IMG/VR virus record: IMGVR_UViG_3300027833_001748
Location: 1-63,288 of that record
Source of the DNA: a virus
Lineage: Duplodnaviria > Caudoviricetes
DNA length: 63,288 nucleotides
Direction: 5' to 3' (one strand)
A model generated the notes under the pieces. That model worked only from the letters and a program-made list of their open reading frames with translations, did not search any database and was not told where the DNA came from. This document shows positions 21,301-31,323 of this stretch, piece by piece. How positions within the stretch are numbered: the first letter of the stretch is position 1; each line of letters opens with the position of its first letter. The position numbers were made by a program, and so were the translations under genes.

Positions 21301-24300
21301 CTTGTAAAAACTTTACCTACAACTAACTTTGATAAAATTTATAGAATACTTCCAAATGAAGTATTTGATAGGCCTGCAGATTATGATCATACACCGTTTC
21401 CGATTAAAACAGTAACAAATGAATATATTAGAACAGCAGGATATACTAATGAAGGCGATGTTGATTATATTGTTAGCAATTATATTGATTTAGCAGGAGT
21501 TAACACTAATAGAATTAGTTTGGGAGACACAATTTGGGTAACTGATACTGATAATAAATCATGGTCAGTAGAACAACTAATAAACGGTAATGCATTTGTA
21601 ACAAAAATTGATACACTTATAAATGAAGTAGCAGACAACGGCTTAAACTTAATAGAAATAACACTAACACAATGGGGTAACAATATTTGTGCAGTAGGCG
21701 AATACATTGGTGTCCGCGGAGCAGAAACTTACAGCCTTAATGGGATATATGAAGTTGACAGTATTAGTCTTGACAAGATAAAATTGCGTGTTCCAGCAGC
21801 TAACGATATTACTGATTACGATCAAGAAGAAGATGGAATCAGCAATTTTCCAGTAGCTAAATTAAGAACTATAAGAGTTTCTGATGTAACAGGAATAAAT
21901 TCAGCTACACAACAGGTAATTTACCCAAACCAAAAACTATGGATAGATAATTATGATACAGAATGGGGAGTATTAGAAAATAACCCTGTATATTTAAATG
22001 CTCAAACAATAGTTAATACATCAGAATATGATAGCACAGATCAAGGATTTAGTGATAGTTTTGCAGTAACAAAAAATAATAATAATATATTTGTTTCAGC
22101 AGCTAATGACCAAAACGGTAAAGTTTCAGTTTATAGAAGAACTAGAGAGCAATCAAACTTAATATTAGATCAAGAAATTACATATGTTAATGATAATTTA
22201 TTTAATATTACTGACATCGATTTTGGCAAAAGTATTAGTGTATCGCCTGATGGTGAGTATCTTGTTGCAGGCTTACCAAAAGCAAGTAACATTAAAACTA
22301 GACTAGCTTATAAAACAGACGCAAATGGCCAAAGTACATTTGACTTTCAACCAGATGCAGATTATGTTAAAAATGATATTGTAAGATATAGAGAAAGTTT
22401 ATGGAAAGTTAATAGAGCAATTTTACCAGAAATTGCACATCAACCATTTAGTACGTTTGACACATATATTAATATTGCTTCTCAAGCAGATGCTGATAGT
22501 ACATCACTAAACTTATTAGTTGCAGGTGACCCTGGACTACCAGGAAACACTACTTCGCACTTCTTAGTTCGTGCTCCAAGAGATATGTATATTGGTACAA
22601 AACCTAACGATACTGTTAACTTGTTTTGGAATCAACGTAGCTTTGCATATCCTACATTAGATAACTTCCTTCCGTTTAATGGCGATATACCTGAATTATC
22701 AGGTGCATTTATATCACAAGAACATACAATTGTTGAAAAGATTGATTCAATACTGTTTGTTGACACATTTATTACATTACCTGTAGTAGGCTCAGTTGTA
22801 ACAACAGATACTGGTACAGCAGTTGTAGCATATGTAAGTACACGCAGAGATAGCGCAGTACTATATATAAAAGATACAAATGGTGTATTTGATACTACAG
22901 GTGAATTGTTTATTAATGAACTTGACTTTATAGGGTTTTATACAGAAGAATCAACATATAGTGAAAGTACTGCAATAGCTGGATACTGGATGTTTAACAC
23001 AGGATTTAATTATTCAAATAATTCTGTATATTATGATTCAGGACGAGGCATGGTATATGCTGATGTTAAGCCACAGGGTTCGGTAAGAACTACAAACGAT
23101 TACTACAACATTCAAAACACAGTTGGTGCAATTGGCACATATGTTACTAATAAAAATAATTCAAGTTATATCGAAAACTTGTCTTATAGAGGAGATCCTA
23201 GCGCAGCTGATGCACAAGACGGTGTAGAAGCAGATCAGTTATCTAATAGATTTGTAGTTAGAGTTGGTGCAGAATATAGCGATACATTATCAGTAGGATA
23301 TGCTACTGAAATGAGAGTGTACAATCTTGATAATAGAGTAATTGATCTACCAGGTGCAGGTTTAAGTTATGATATTTTAAATAAGCAACAAACTATTGTT
23401 GATCTATGGGACGGCTATATTGATATGGAACTCAGTGAGTTTGATTTCCAAGGTTTTGCATTCCAGCCACAAGTCGGTGATGTTGTTGAAGATGTACAAA
23501 TACCCAAAGATGGACAAAATGGATTAGCGTTGACATCTATTAGCACTAGTACTGCTGAAGTTGTATATTTACAGCGTAACTTTAATAGTGTAAGACTTTA
23601 TGTAAAAATATTAACAGGTGACTGGTTAGAACAATCAAATATTGGACGCTTCAACATACGTAGATTAGCAAATACTAGTTTGCGTGGCGCAACTGATGTT
23701 GATCGTGTAGTTGGTGTTATAACTGATATTAATAACAGTATAGTATTAGGTACTTCAATAATTGGTAAATTATTAGTATTTGAACATAGTACTAACCTTC
23801 CTGTTGCTGAAGCACCTAGAATAATTGATGAAGAATATTGGTTCTTTGATGAAAATACTGAAGCTGGTATAGAACGTTTACCTAATCCACCATTTAGTTT
23901 AAACAAAGACTATACACAAATTTATAATATAAAAGCATCTGAATTCGGCACAGCAACAACATTAGCAAATGAAGGTGCCATTGCAATTTATAGAAGACTG
24001 CGTGACGGTACTTATAGATATCAGCATACATTAGTATCAGAATATAGAGCAGCAAATAGATTCTTTGGATCTAAAGTTGCAATAGTACAAACAGGAAATT
24101 ATTATACATTGCTAGTTGGCAGTGACAGTATTGTTAGTACAGGAGAAACTGACAGTACTGGAAGAAGAGCGCATCCGGGAACAATTGAAATATTCCGCCA
24201 TGGTACAAAAGCAACAGATAGTTACCAAGGTGAATATAAATTAACAGCATATGCAATTGGTGACGTTGTAACATATAAAGACGATTACTATATTTGCCGT

Positions 24301-27300
24301 AAAGCAACAACAGCAACACAAAATGTTATCTTAGATCCAATTTATTGGGATATGATTAGTTGGAAGCACGGAAAAGATTCTAACTACCGCGGCGTATTTG
24401 ATAATACATACACTTACAAAAAAGGTAATATTGTTGTACAAAATAATGCACTATGGGAAGCAACAACAAACATAGCAACATTAGCAGCAATACCAAGTTC
24501 TTCAAATACTTCTTGGAAATCTATAAGCACAAGTGTTGATTATGTTGGTTATTTGCCAAATCTAACTGCAAATGCGTTCTATGATGAGGATGTATTTGAT
24601 CCTATTGAAAACATATTAGAGTTTAGTAAGAGTTTTGATATTAGTGATGATGCACAAGTATTAGTTGTAACAAGTAAGCAAACACTTGTTTCAAGTACAG
24701 TGGATACAAAATTAGCAATTTACCGTGCAGTAGGAGATAAGTTCTTATTAGACCAAACAATAACGGCACCTGATAATATTACAGCATGGGCAGATAAAGT
24801 TTCACTAAATCCTGCAGGAACACAGATCGCAATTAGTGCAATGTTAGTAGATACTAACAAAGTAAATCAAGGGGTTGTTTATGTTTATACACAAACAAGC
24901 GGCACATTTACTTTAACACAGACACTAACACCACCGCAAAATGAAGAAAGCGAAGGTTTTGGCTTTGGATTAGACTTTGGCGCTGATAACTTAGTAGTAT
25001 CAAGTTTAAATGGCGACCAAACTATTCCAACAACATTCGATGTTACTGTATATGCAGATACACAAAATACACAAACTACGTTTGATAGAGATTTTACAAA
25101 CTTTAGAAATGTTAAACTTGACAAAGGAGTTGTTTATGTATATGAATCAGTTAGAGACAATTTAATATATGCAGAACAATTTGTATATCCATTAACACAA
25201 ACTACATTCGGCGAGAACATTTATACTAATGACAACCATGTGTATATTGGAATGCCAGATCATGTGTCGGGTGATTATAAAGGTCAAGTAATTGACTTTA
25301 GAAAAAACAAAGGCACACTTGCATGGCAGAAAAGTAGTGAAGGTATTACTCCTGTAGATATTACTAAAATACGCGGCGCAATGTTATACGACAAGCGTAA
25401 AAATAAAATTATAAGTTATATTGATTATATTGATCCAATACAAGGTAAAATTGCAGGACCAGCTGATCAAGAAATTACATTCAAAACACAATGGGATCCA
25501 GCAGTATATAACACAGGTAATCAAGCAGAAAGCTCAATAGATCCAAATAGAGTATGGACTGAAAAACATGTTGGTCAAATATGGTGGAATATTGGTAGTG
25601 CTAAATTTGCACATGCGTATCAAGGTTCAACTACTTTCCAAAAAAATAATTGGAACAAGCTAGTTGCTGGCGCAAGGATAGATGTTTTTGAATGGGTCGA
25701 GAGTGATATTATTCCTAGTATTTGGGATAGCATTACAGACACAGCTGAAGGATTACCAAAAGGTATAAGTGGAAAAAGTTTATTTAGTGATGCTAGATAT
25801 TCAACTAGAATAATCTACGACGAAGTAACAAAAACATTTAGTAACAAATATTACTTCTGGGTAGTTGATAAAGTTACTGTTCCTGTAATGGAAAACAGAA
25901 AACTAAGCATTAGAGATATTGCAGCATTAATTGAAAATCCTAGAACACAAGGATATCCATTTGTAAGTTTACTTTCTAAAGATAGATTTGTTCTTAACAA
26001 CTTTGATAGTTTTGTTGATAACGATGATTTAGTGTTGAATATTAAGTATGCAACTTCTACTAAAGAAATACAAAATGTTCACAGTCAGTATAAATTAATA
26101 TCCGACGGATTAGATACAAGTAAGCCTGATCCAGATATTGAGCGTAAATGGTTTGATAGTTTAATTGGTTTTGATAGTAACAATAGAATTGTTCCTGATC
26201 CAACAATTACAGTTAAAAATCGTTACGGAGTACAAAATCGTCCAAGACAAAGTATGTTTGTTAACAGATTTGAAGCATTAAAACAAACAATTGAAAGAAT
26301 TAACATAAATTTAACAACTCACCTTATAGTAGATGAGTACGATATTTCTAAGTTAACAATGCAAGATGCAGCACCAACATTGATATCTCGAGATTATGAT
26401 TTAGCAGTTGATACGCTTGCTGATTTATCTTTTGTTAGTACAAATAAAATTACTCCTGCTGTACTAACTCCGACTATTACTAATGGTAGAATTTCAAGAA
26501 TTAACATTACTAATTCAGGACGTGGATATAAAGTTGCTCCTAGCTTTAAAATTAATGGCGAAGGTAATGCAGCAGAATTTAATATTACTATTAATAATTT
26601 AGGACAAATTACATCAGCAGAAATTACAAATGCTGGCGAAGGATATAATTCAAATACTACAATAACTACAAGACCATTTACAGTATTAGTTAATACAGAT
26701 GAAACTATTCAAGACAAGTGGGCTTTATATTCATGGAATGGTAGTACTTGGTATAGAAAGAAACTACAAAGTTATAATGTAAACTTATATTGGAACTATC
26801 AAGATTGGTATGCTGAAGGGTATAACCAGTTCACAAATATTAGAGATACTATCGCAGGATCATACTTGTTACCAAGTTTAGATAACTCAATTAATGATAT
26901 TGTAAAAATTGAAAATGTTGGCTCGGGCGGTTGGTTGCTATTAAAGAAAACTGACGAACAGGAAACTGAGGACTATACAGTTAACTATGATACAATTGGC
27001 AGACAAAATGGTACAATTCAATTTAAAGATACACTATATGATTACAGTAAAAATACTGTAGGGTTTGATAACCGTAGTTTTGACAGTAACTTTTATGATA
27101 ATAATCCAAATGTTGAATTAAGAACAATACTTGAAACATTAAGAGATGACATACTTGTAAATGACTTAGAAGTTGAATACAACCAATTGTTTATGTCTGC
27201 GTTACGATATGTAATGTCAGAACAGCAGTCAGTTGATTGGATGTTTAAAACAAGTTTTGTAAAATCTAAGCACAACAGAGAGTCACTAAGCCAGTCAGAT

Positions 27301-30300
27301 ATAACATTTAATAATGATAACTTAGTAAGTTACCAAAACTTTGTTGAAGAATTTAAACCTTACTCAACAAAAATAAGAGAATTTATTAGTGAATATACTG
27401 TAATAGATCCTACAAATAGTAGTGTTAGTGATTTTGACTTACAGCCTTCATATAATAAATTAACTGATGTAATTGAAGCAAGCACAGCAGTTATTAAAGA
27501 TAATGAAATATCAAACCAAAATTTAGATACTGATAATTACCCACGTAAGAATTGGGCTAACAATCATGGTTATGAAGTAACTGAAATTAAATTAGGTGAT
27601 GGCGGCACAGGATATACTTTTGAACCAGTTATTAAATTAACCGGAGGCGGCGGCACTGGTGCCAAAGCAAAAGCATATTTAGGCTACGGAAAAATTACTA
27701 GTATTAAAGTAACATATCCCGGCAGTGGTTATACTACTGCACCAACAGTTGTTATATCAGGATCACAAACAGATGCAGGAACACCTGCAAAAGCAACAGC
27801 AGTAATTGGTAACGGTGTTGTAAGAAGTCCTAGCGTTAAAATTAAGTTTAACAGAATATCAGGAACATTTACTTTTGACACATTGGCAAAATCACAATCA
27901 TTCACTGGTACAGGATTTGAAAACAGATACTTCTTAGAATGGCCAATGGATTTAGATAAGAAGAATGTAAAAGTTTATGTAGATGGTATACTACAATTGC
28001 GTAGTAAATATACGTTTACTAATATTGATAATACTGATAAAACTTATACTAGACAACAAGGTAAAGTCTTATTTACTACACCTCCTAAATTAAATGCAGT
28101 TGTAAAAATAGATTATAATATACCTTTAAGTGTACTAAGTGCAGAGGATAGAATTAATTTTGCATACAATCCTATTGCAGGAATGTACGGTAAAGATTTA
28201 GCACAGTTAATGTCAGGTGTTGATTATGGCGGAGTTGAAATACGTAGTTTTGATTTTGCAGGCCCAGCAGGCTTTGATACTGCACCGTGGTATACAGATA
28301 CATGGGATACTTTTGATAACACATTTGAAGATGAAGTATTTACAGCAGACGGATCTACTATTGCAGTACAACTTAGCACTCCATTAGAAGATGGCGTAGT
28401 ATATAACTTATATAAAAATGGTGTAAGAATTGATGACCCTAACTTTAGTTTAGGCTCGGCAACAAATGCTTATGCTATTACAGATAGTATTACAGGCGAT
28501 GGTGTAGCTGATACAATTTATGTACAAGATTTAGGTATTACATTAAACGATAATGATATATTTGTTGTAAGAAAAACTACAAGTGATGGTAGTGTACAAC
28601 CTGATAATGAAAGTTATGACACTGCACTAACAGGCGGCGACCTAGCATACACATCGGCACGTGGTATAGCAGCAGAAGAAATTATTGTTGATGGTGATGG
28701 ATTTGTTACACCTACTACATCTAGTGGTCCTGAAGAAGTTGTTCCAGGACAAGTATTAGATACTTTAGATATTAAAGTGTTTACAAGAGATAGCGAAGGC
28801 CAGGGTATAATATCTTCTAGAAACTATATTATAAATTCACAAAATACATTTGAATTAGGAAATACACCTGCTAGTGCTGATTCAGTACTTGTAAAAGTTA
28901 ATAATGTTGTTTTAGCACAAACTGAATATACAATTGACTGGGCAGCACTTACTGTAACATTAAACACATTAGTAGTAGGTGCTGAACTTAGTATTGTATC
29001 AGTTAGTCAAGGCACACAAAATATATTAGACTTTGGAAAACTAATAGGTGACGGTTCAACAACAGTATATGAAACTACAGTTGATTGGGTAGAAACTGCA
29101 AGCGTTTATGCAAATGTAAACGGTGTGCAAAAAAGTATTGATACATTTAAATCAGACGTAACACCTAAAATGGTTATTAGATTTGAGGAAGCTGTACCAG
29201 ACACTGCAACTATATATTACACAGTATTTTCAGATAACACAAAAGTAAATTACAGTCAAATGTCTAAAAACACATTTACAGGTGATGGTTCGGCAACAGC
29301 GTTTACATTAACAAATGCTCCGTTGTATAGTATTCCGTCAGAACACAATGTAATAGTTAAAGTTAACAATCGTATTTTAAATGCAGGTTATAATATACAA
29401 TATACAATTCCTGAAAATAATCAACGAGAGTTTCCGTTAGAGATATTCCAAATACCAGCAGGCAGTTTAGATGTTTCTGATATGAAAGTATTCTTAAACG
29501 GCTTACTAATTACAACTCCATTAGATTGGCGTTTAGATGCTAACAACAGTAGTATAATATTAACAGATGATTCTGGTACACCGGGCGACTTACTTGAAAT
29601 GTATGTAATTACAGACGGTGATTATAGAATTGACGGAACATCAGTTACGTTTGATACAGCACCAGCAGATAATGCAGTTATAGAAATAATACAATTTACT
29701 AATCACGATTTAATTGGTATTGAACGTATAAATTACGAAGTTCTAACAAGAACTACACTAATACCTGAAGATGTTGATTATATTACATATCGTAGAACAA
29801 CAGTTGGTGAAATTAAGTTACGCACTCCGGCAGTAGATGCAGAGTATGTTTGGGTGAGTCTAAATGGCGAATTGTTATCACCAAGTGCAGACTATTATGT
29901 TACAGATGATAGAATGAAAGTTAGATTAGTTACACCGCCGGATGCTAACGATGTTATTGATATTATTCACTTTACTAAACCTGTAAATGTACCAAAGTTT
30001 AGCTACAGACAGTTTAAAGATATGCTTAATAGAACACACTTTAAGCGTATTGATGCATCAGCAGCCAAACTAGCACAACCATTAAATTACTACGATTTAC
30101 GAATTGAATTAGACCAGAGTGGTACTACATTATCAGAACCAAACAAAGGACAAAATTTACCAGGTGTAGTGTTTATTGAAGGTGAGCGTATTGAATACTT
30201 TGTAAAAGAAGGTACTACATTACGCCAGCTACGTAGAGGAACATTAGGAACTGGAGTTAAAGATACATATACAGTAGGTACTAAAGTCTTTGATCAAAAC

Positions 30301-30690
30301 ATAAGTAAGACTGTTCCATATAAAGATAGAACAATGGCATATAACACAACAGCAGACGGCACTACAACACAATTTGAAGTTAGCTATCCAGTAACATCAA
30401 TTAATGAAATTGAAGTGTTTGTAGGCGGTGTACGTATGCGTAAGACGGCATTAGAAGTGTTTGATCCTACTGTAGCGTTAGATAGCCCAGAAGGTGATAG
30501 CACAGTAGCAGCAGACTTTACGTTTGATGCAAATACAATTACGTTGCTTGCAACACCACAAGAAAATACAAGGATAACAGTAGTGAAAAAAGTAGGTCAA
30601 AGTTGGACAGAATCAGGAAAAACGCTTAGTGATACACAAAATAGCATTGCTAGATTCTTACGTGCAGGTACTTCTGAGCTACCTGAATAA
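15322..30690 (+). CDS. Giant (5122 aa) multidomain baseplate/virion structural protein in the gp7 position
   Basis: One uninterrupted ORF coupled to gp6 by TAATG. Contains CBM5/12-like W..Y..G(D/E).V repeats, beta-propeller-like FG.S blades, G.GY..AP repeats and GDG.T..F repeats. Confidence 0.85.
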   Translation: MAKNDQNESALPVPGQNNKITSSDFLPKFFRTQANKKFLQGTLDQLIQPGVAEKINGYYGRTTAKAFKTTDNYVNDVTADRTNYQLEPSTVIKDVYNNVTFYKDYNDYVGQLNVFGANTSNHSRLNGQETYAWNPNIDWDKFVNFREYYWMPNGPISIPVRGQSREVVSTYTVTTEDQGDNIAYVFNDGLTRNPNLKLYRGQTYRFEINAPGHPMAIAISRTFTPGSAILTAGTQGLRASGLFDAVLYGNEYDQGEFIILPSGGSVTFADDDNVSTLYPDGIRKLGEEGEEVAIAYIEKGTIEFTIPVNAPDRLYYISKNAVDTSGQIRIYDIEENAFLDVGEDILGKKTYKSANGVELSNGMKIKFQGDVLPNDYEQNDWYVEGVGDKIKLIKDKNLIIPAAYSDTKRIAFDSDSFDTLPFSDATANATNKDYIVVNRASPDRNAWSRYNRWHHKDVIQKSFELNHIPVVVDESTRAKRPIIEFEAGLKLDNFGAIAKQDVDLVDTFTKDVFSTIEGQIGYNIDGINLADNMRILFTADTDALVSGKIYQVKFVKIANNRQISLIETTDTLPIDLETVLVTQGVKNAGKSYHYHGDKWTAAQEKTARNQAPSFEVFDSNTNSFSDIAFYPSTTFKGTKLFSYAEGEGTVDTELGFPLAYKSIENSGDIVFDFNLLNDTFTYQSETELFSQSICSGYLKKYSTLTKFSYVNGFSSTPSNSKQFVIQEYAATEIELQKFKIDVYENSSSVTDLKVVVFVNNKLKLIDTDYTIDKTAQDAVVVFNTALEANDVVKIKTDSKTNKNKNGYYEFPYNLERNPLNDDVNQFTLGEVIDHVDSMLEDIPGYTGEYLGISNLRDLGDLDRFGKRFVKHSGPINLPLYHTTNKSYNIVKAISYSQKEYSRYKKTFLDTAANLGYDGPTKAHVDLVIKTINRDKIKSQPFYFSDMIATGASNKIEYTVLDARTTEYPITDNFNLSTLTSQSVIVYLNGVQLVHQKDYNFNIAGYVSIDANQVENDKIEIHEYANTDGSFIAPTPTKLGLYPKYYPELTIDDTVLGKEPETFGPFKIYGQDDITGNRGWFYPVYTTKSAAGTGTLSTSHTFTGFNKLFYIPVADSTLGGIDDIEVDEYPIGVAFIKGHDGSYTRAYQDFRDELLLELEKRIFNNIKVEYSSDRLNVDTFTGGEFRVNEFSKAEVDNTLLGNFQRWLIENLNNQTYTNNTFYDRTNNWSFNYADTTSPDGNTNPGFWRGMYVRAFDTDRPHSHPWEMLGITSKPNWWNKVYGPAPYTGDNLVLWKDLEQGKIADPTNTRIDLNYSRPGLTSFIPVDSNGKLLSPLDSRYAKNFDIRNATRNFAFGDHAPIENAWRRSSDYPFAILNAMLLNKPAKTMSLGFDVSRIKKNLSNQWVDVDTNKPIVIKDLTLPNTFDAATRTSTAGLVNYIYNLTASDILTVYNAYKSDLSAISNQIGIKIAGFTSKEKFNLILDSRSPTQSLTQDGIFVPQENYQVFLNTSSPNELAVYSGIVIERAELGYIIRGYNLEKPYFEYYEALEGSTASTVTVGGISEKVVPWDTNKDYLSGEVIMHNNVYYRVINSFKSSVVFETDDIVKLPNLPLTGGRTAQFKKDFDNKLRTLQYGTRINSAQEVVDFILGYDQRQKEIGFEFNNVIEGSNEVENWNQAAKQFLFWTTQGWANSSIIAVSPAANLLEFKRDFYIVDNIKDEFYGYSIFKADGNFLDSDFNSLLRDQNSFGIETVGTDEGLYHASLPLVQKEHVVLIDNTTDFNDTIYNPSTGYRQERIKVNGYRSDNWNGGLNIPGFVYDDATFTDWTAWKDYSIGDIVKYKQFYYVATSNSTGTQTFNSNLWYRLNEKPTSELVTNFDYRISQFTDFYDLDSDSFDIEQQKMAQHLIGYQKRQYLANIINDDVSQFKFYRGAIADKGTMNVFTKLFDALGNTADNLEFYEEWAIQVGRFGAVDDVQQVEYNLKQDKMQESPQSVELVKTLPTTNFDKIYRILPNEVFDRPADYDHTPFPIKTVTNEYIRTAGYTNEGDVDYIVSNYIDLAGVNTNRISLGDTIWVTDTDNKSWSVEQLINGNAFVTKIDTLINEVADNGLNLIEITLTQWGNNICAVGEYIGVRGAETYSLNGIYEVDSISLDKIKLRVPAANDITDYDQEEDGISNFPVAKLRTIRVSDVTGINSATQQVIYPNQKLWIDNYDTEWGVLENNPVYLNAQTIVNTSEYDSTDQGFSDSFAVTKNNNNIFVSAANDQNGKVSVYRRTREQSNLILDQEITYVNDNLFNITDIDFGKSISVSPDGEYLVAGLPKASNIKTRLAYKTDANGQSTFDFQPDADYVKNDIVRYRESLWKVNRAILPEIAHQPFSTFDTYINIASQADADSTSLNLLVAGDPGLPGNTTSHFLVRAPRDMYIGTKPNDTVNLFWNQRSFAYPTLDNFLPFNGDIPELSGAFISQEHTIVEKIDSILFVDTFITLPVVGSVVTTDTGTAVVAYVSTRRDSAVLYIKDTNGVFDTTGELFINELDFIGFYTEESTYSESTAIAGYWMFNTGFNYSNNSVYYDSGRGMVYADVKPQGSVRTTNDYYNIQNTVGAIGTYVTNKNNSSYIENLSYRGDPSAADAQDGVEADQLSNRFVVRVGAEYSDTLSVGYATEMRVYNLDNRVIDLPGAGLSYDILNKQQTIVDLWDGYIDMELSEFDFQGFAFQPQVGDVVEDVQIPKDGQNGLALTSISTSTAEVVYLQRNFNSVRLYVKILTGDWLEQSNIGRFNIRRLANTSLRGATDVDRVVGVITDINNSIVLGTSIIGKLLVFEHSTNLPVAEAPRIIDEEYWFFDENTEAGIERLPNPPFSLNKDYTQIYNIKASEFGTATTLANEGAIAIYRRLRDGTYRYQHTLVSEYRAANRFFGSKVAIVQTGNYYTLLVGSDSIVSTGETDSTGRRAHPGTIEIFRHGTKATDSYQGEYKLTAYAIGDVVTYKDDYYICRKATTATQNVILDPIYWDMISWKHGKDSNYRGVFDNTYTYKKGNIVVQNNALWEATTNIATLAAIPSSSNTSWKSISTSVDYVGYLPNLTANAFYDEDVFDPIENILEFSKSFDISDDAQVLVVTSKQTLVSSTVDTKLAIYRAVGDKFLLDQTITAPDNITAWADKVSLNPAGTQIAISAMLVDTNKVNQGVVYVYTQTSGTFTLTQTLTPPQNEESEGFGFGLDFGADNLVVSSLNGDQTIPTTFDVTVYADTQNTQTTFDRDFTNFRNVKLDKGVVYVYESVRDNLIYAEQFVYPLTQTTFGENIYTNDNHVYIGMPDHVSGDYKGQVIDFRKNKGTLAWQKSSEGITPVDITKIRGAMLYDKRKNKIISYIDYIDPIQGKIAGPADQEITFKTQWDPAVYNTGNQAESSIDPNRVWTEKHVGQIWWNIGSAKFAHAYQGSTTFQKNNWNKLVAGARIDVFEWVESDIIPSIWDSITDTAEGLPKGISGKSLFSDARYSTRIIYDEVTKTFSNKYYFWVVDKVTVPVMENRKLSIRDIAALIENPRTQGYPFVSLLSKDRFVLNNFDSFVDNDDLVLNIKYATSTKEIQNVHSQYKLISDGLDTSKPDPDIERKWFDSLIGFDSNNRIVPDPTITVKNRYGVQNRPRQSMFVNRFEALKQTIERININLTTHLIVDEYDISKLTMQDAAPTLISRDYDLAVDTLADLSFVSTNKITPAVLTPTITNGRISRINITNSGRGYKVAPSFKINGEGNAAEFNITINNLGQITSAEITNAGEGYNSNTTITTRPFTVLVNTDETIQDKWALYSWNGSTWYRKKLQSYNVNLYWNYQDWYAEGYNQFTNIRDTIAGSYLLPSLDNSINDIVKIENVGSGGWLLLKKTDEQETEDYTVNYDTIGRQNGTIQFKDTLYDYSKNTVGFDNRSFDSNFYDNNPNVELRTILETLRDDILVNDLEVEYNQLFMSALRYVMSEQQSVDWMFKTSFVKSKHNRESLSQSDITFNNDNLVSYQNFVEEFKPYSTKIREFISEYTVIDPTNSSVSDFDLQPSYNKLTDVIEASTAVIKDNEISNQNLDTDNYPRKNWANNHGYEVTEIKLGDGGTGYTFEPVIKLTGGGGTGAKAKAYLGYGKITSIKVTYPGSGYTTAPTVVISGSQTDAGTPAKATAVIGNGVVRSPSVKIKFNRISGTFTFDTLAKSQSFTGTGFENRYFLEWPMDLDKKNVKVYVDGILQLRSKYTFTNIDNTDKTYTRQQGKVLFTTPPKLNAVVKIDYNIPLSVLSAEDRINFAYNPIAGMYGKDLAQLMSGVDYGGVEIRSFDFAGPAGFDTAPWYTDTWDTFDNTFEDEVFTADGSTIAVQLSTPLEDGVVYNLYKNGVRIDDPNFSLGSATNAYAITDSITGDGVADTIYVQDLGITLNDNDIFVVRKTTSDGSVQPDNESYDTALTGGDLAYTSARGIAAEEIIVDGDGFVTPTTSSGPEEVVPGQVLDTLDIKVFTRDSEGQGIISSRNYIINSQNTFELGNTPASADSVLVKVNNVVLAQTEYTIDWAALTVTLNTLVVGAELSIVSVSQGTQNILDFGKLIGDGSTTVYETTVDWVETASVYANVNGVQKSIDTFKSDVTPKMVIRFEEAVPDTATIYYTVFSDNTKVNYSQMSKNTFTGDGSATAFTLTNAPLYSIPSEHNVIVKVNNRILNAGYNIQYTIPENNQREFPLEIFQIPAGSLDVSDMKVFLNGLLITTPLDWRLDANNSSIILTDDSGTPGDLLEMYVITDGDYRIDGTSVTFDTAPADNAVIEIIQFTNHDLIGIERINYEVLTRTTLIPEDVDYITYRRTTVGEIKLRTPAVDAEYVWVSLNGELLSPSADYYVTDDRMKVRLVTPPDANDVIDIIHFTKPVNVPKFSYRQFKDMLNRTHFKRIDASAAKLAQPLNYYDLRIELDQSGTTLSEPNKGQNLPGVVFIEGERIEYFVKEGTTLRQLRRGTLGTGVKDTYTVGTKVFDQNISKTVPYKDRTMAYNTTADGTTTQFEVSYPVTSINEIEVFVGGVRMRKTALEVFDPTVALDSPEGDSTVAADFTFDANTITLLATPQENTRITVVKKVGQSWTESGKTLSDTQNSIARFLRAGTSELPE

Positions 30691-30693
30691 ATA
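30688..30693 (+). promoter_or_regulatory. Putative late promoter (TAAATA) overlapping the stop codon of the giant gene
   Basis: ATAAATACAGTA, 17 nt upstream of the ATG at 30711. Confidence 0.6.
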
Positions 30694-30710
30694 CAGTATA
30701 GGAAAATTAA

Positions 30711-31313
30711 ATGAGCGAACACATGCAAGATAAAAACGGAGTACTAGTGCAAGGGCATATTAAGATATTTGACCCTGAATCACAAAAAGTATACATTGAT
30801 AAACGTAATGCAATTCACTACGAAAATATGAGTATTGCAATGGCTGAAAGTTTAGCAAATGCTGGCCAAGGTTATATTTACGAAATGAGCTTTGGTAATG
30901 GTGGCACAAGTGTTGACCCAACAGGTATTATTACATATCTAACACCAAACAGCACAGGCACAAATGCTAGTTTATACAACCAAACCTATACTAAGGTTGT
31001 TGATGACAGAAGCGTAAACAATACAGATCCTGCACGTAACAAATTAGAAACAAGACACGTTGCTGGCACAAATTATACAGATATTGTTGTTAGTTGCTTA
31101 CTTGATTATGGTGAACCAAATGGACAAGATGCATTTGATACTGCAAGTGCAACTGATAGCCCATATGTATTTGATGAATTAGGCTTGCGTAGTTATAGCT
31201 CAAGTGGTACAGGACGCCTAATTACACATGTTATTTTTCACCCAGTACAAAAGTCACTTAACAGATTAATACAAATTGACTATACTGTGCGTGTACAGAG
31301 TTTAGCAGGGTAA
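30711..31313 (+). CDS. Virion structural protein (baseplate/fibre junction, putative)
   Basis: 200-aa beta-rich ORF between the baseplate giant and the fibres; FDELGL...LITHVIFHPVQK. Confidence 0.6.
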   Translation: MSEHMQDKNGVLVQGHIKIFDPESQKVYIDKRNAIHYENMSIAMAESLANAGQGYIYEMSFGNGGTSVDPTGIITYLTPNSTGTNASLYNQTYTKVVDDRSVNNTDPARNKLETRHVAGTNYTDIVVSCLLDYGEPNGQDAFDTASATDSPYVFDELGLRSYSSSGTGRLITHVIFHPVQKSLNRLIQIDYTVRVQSLAG

Positions 31314-31323
31314 GGAGTAGAAT

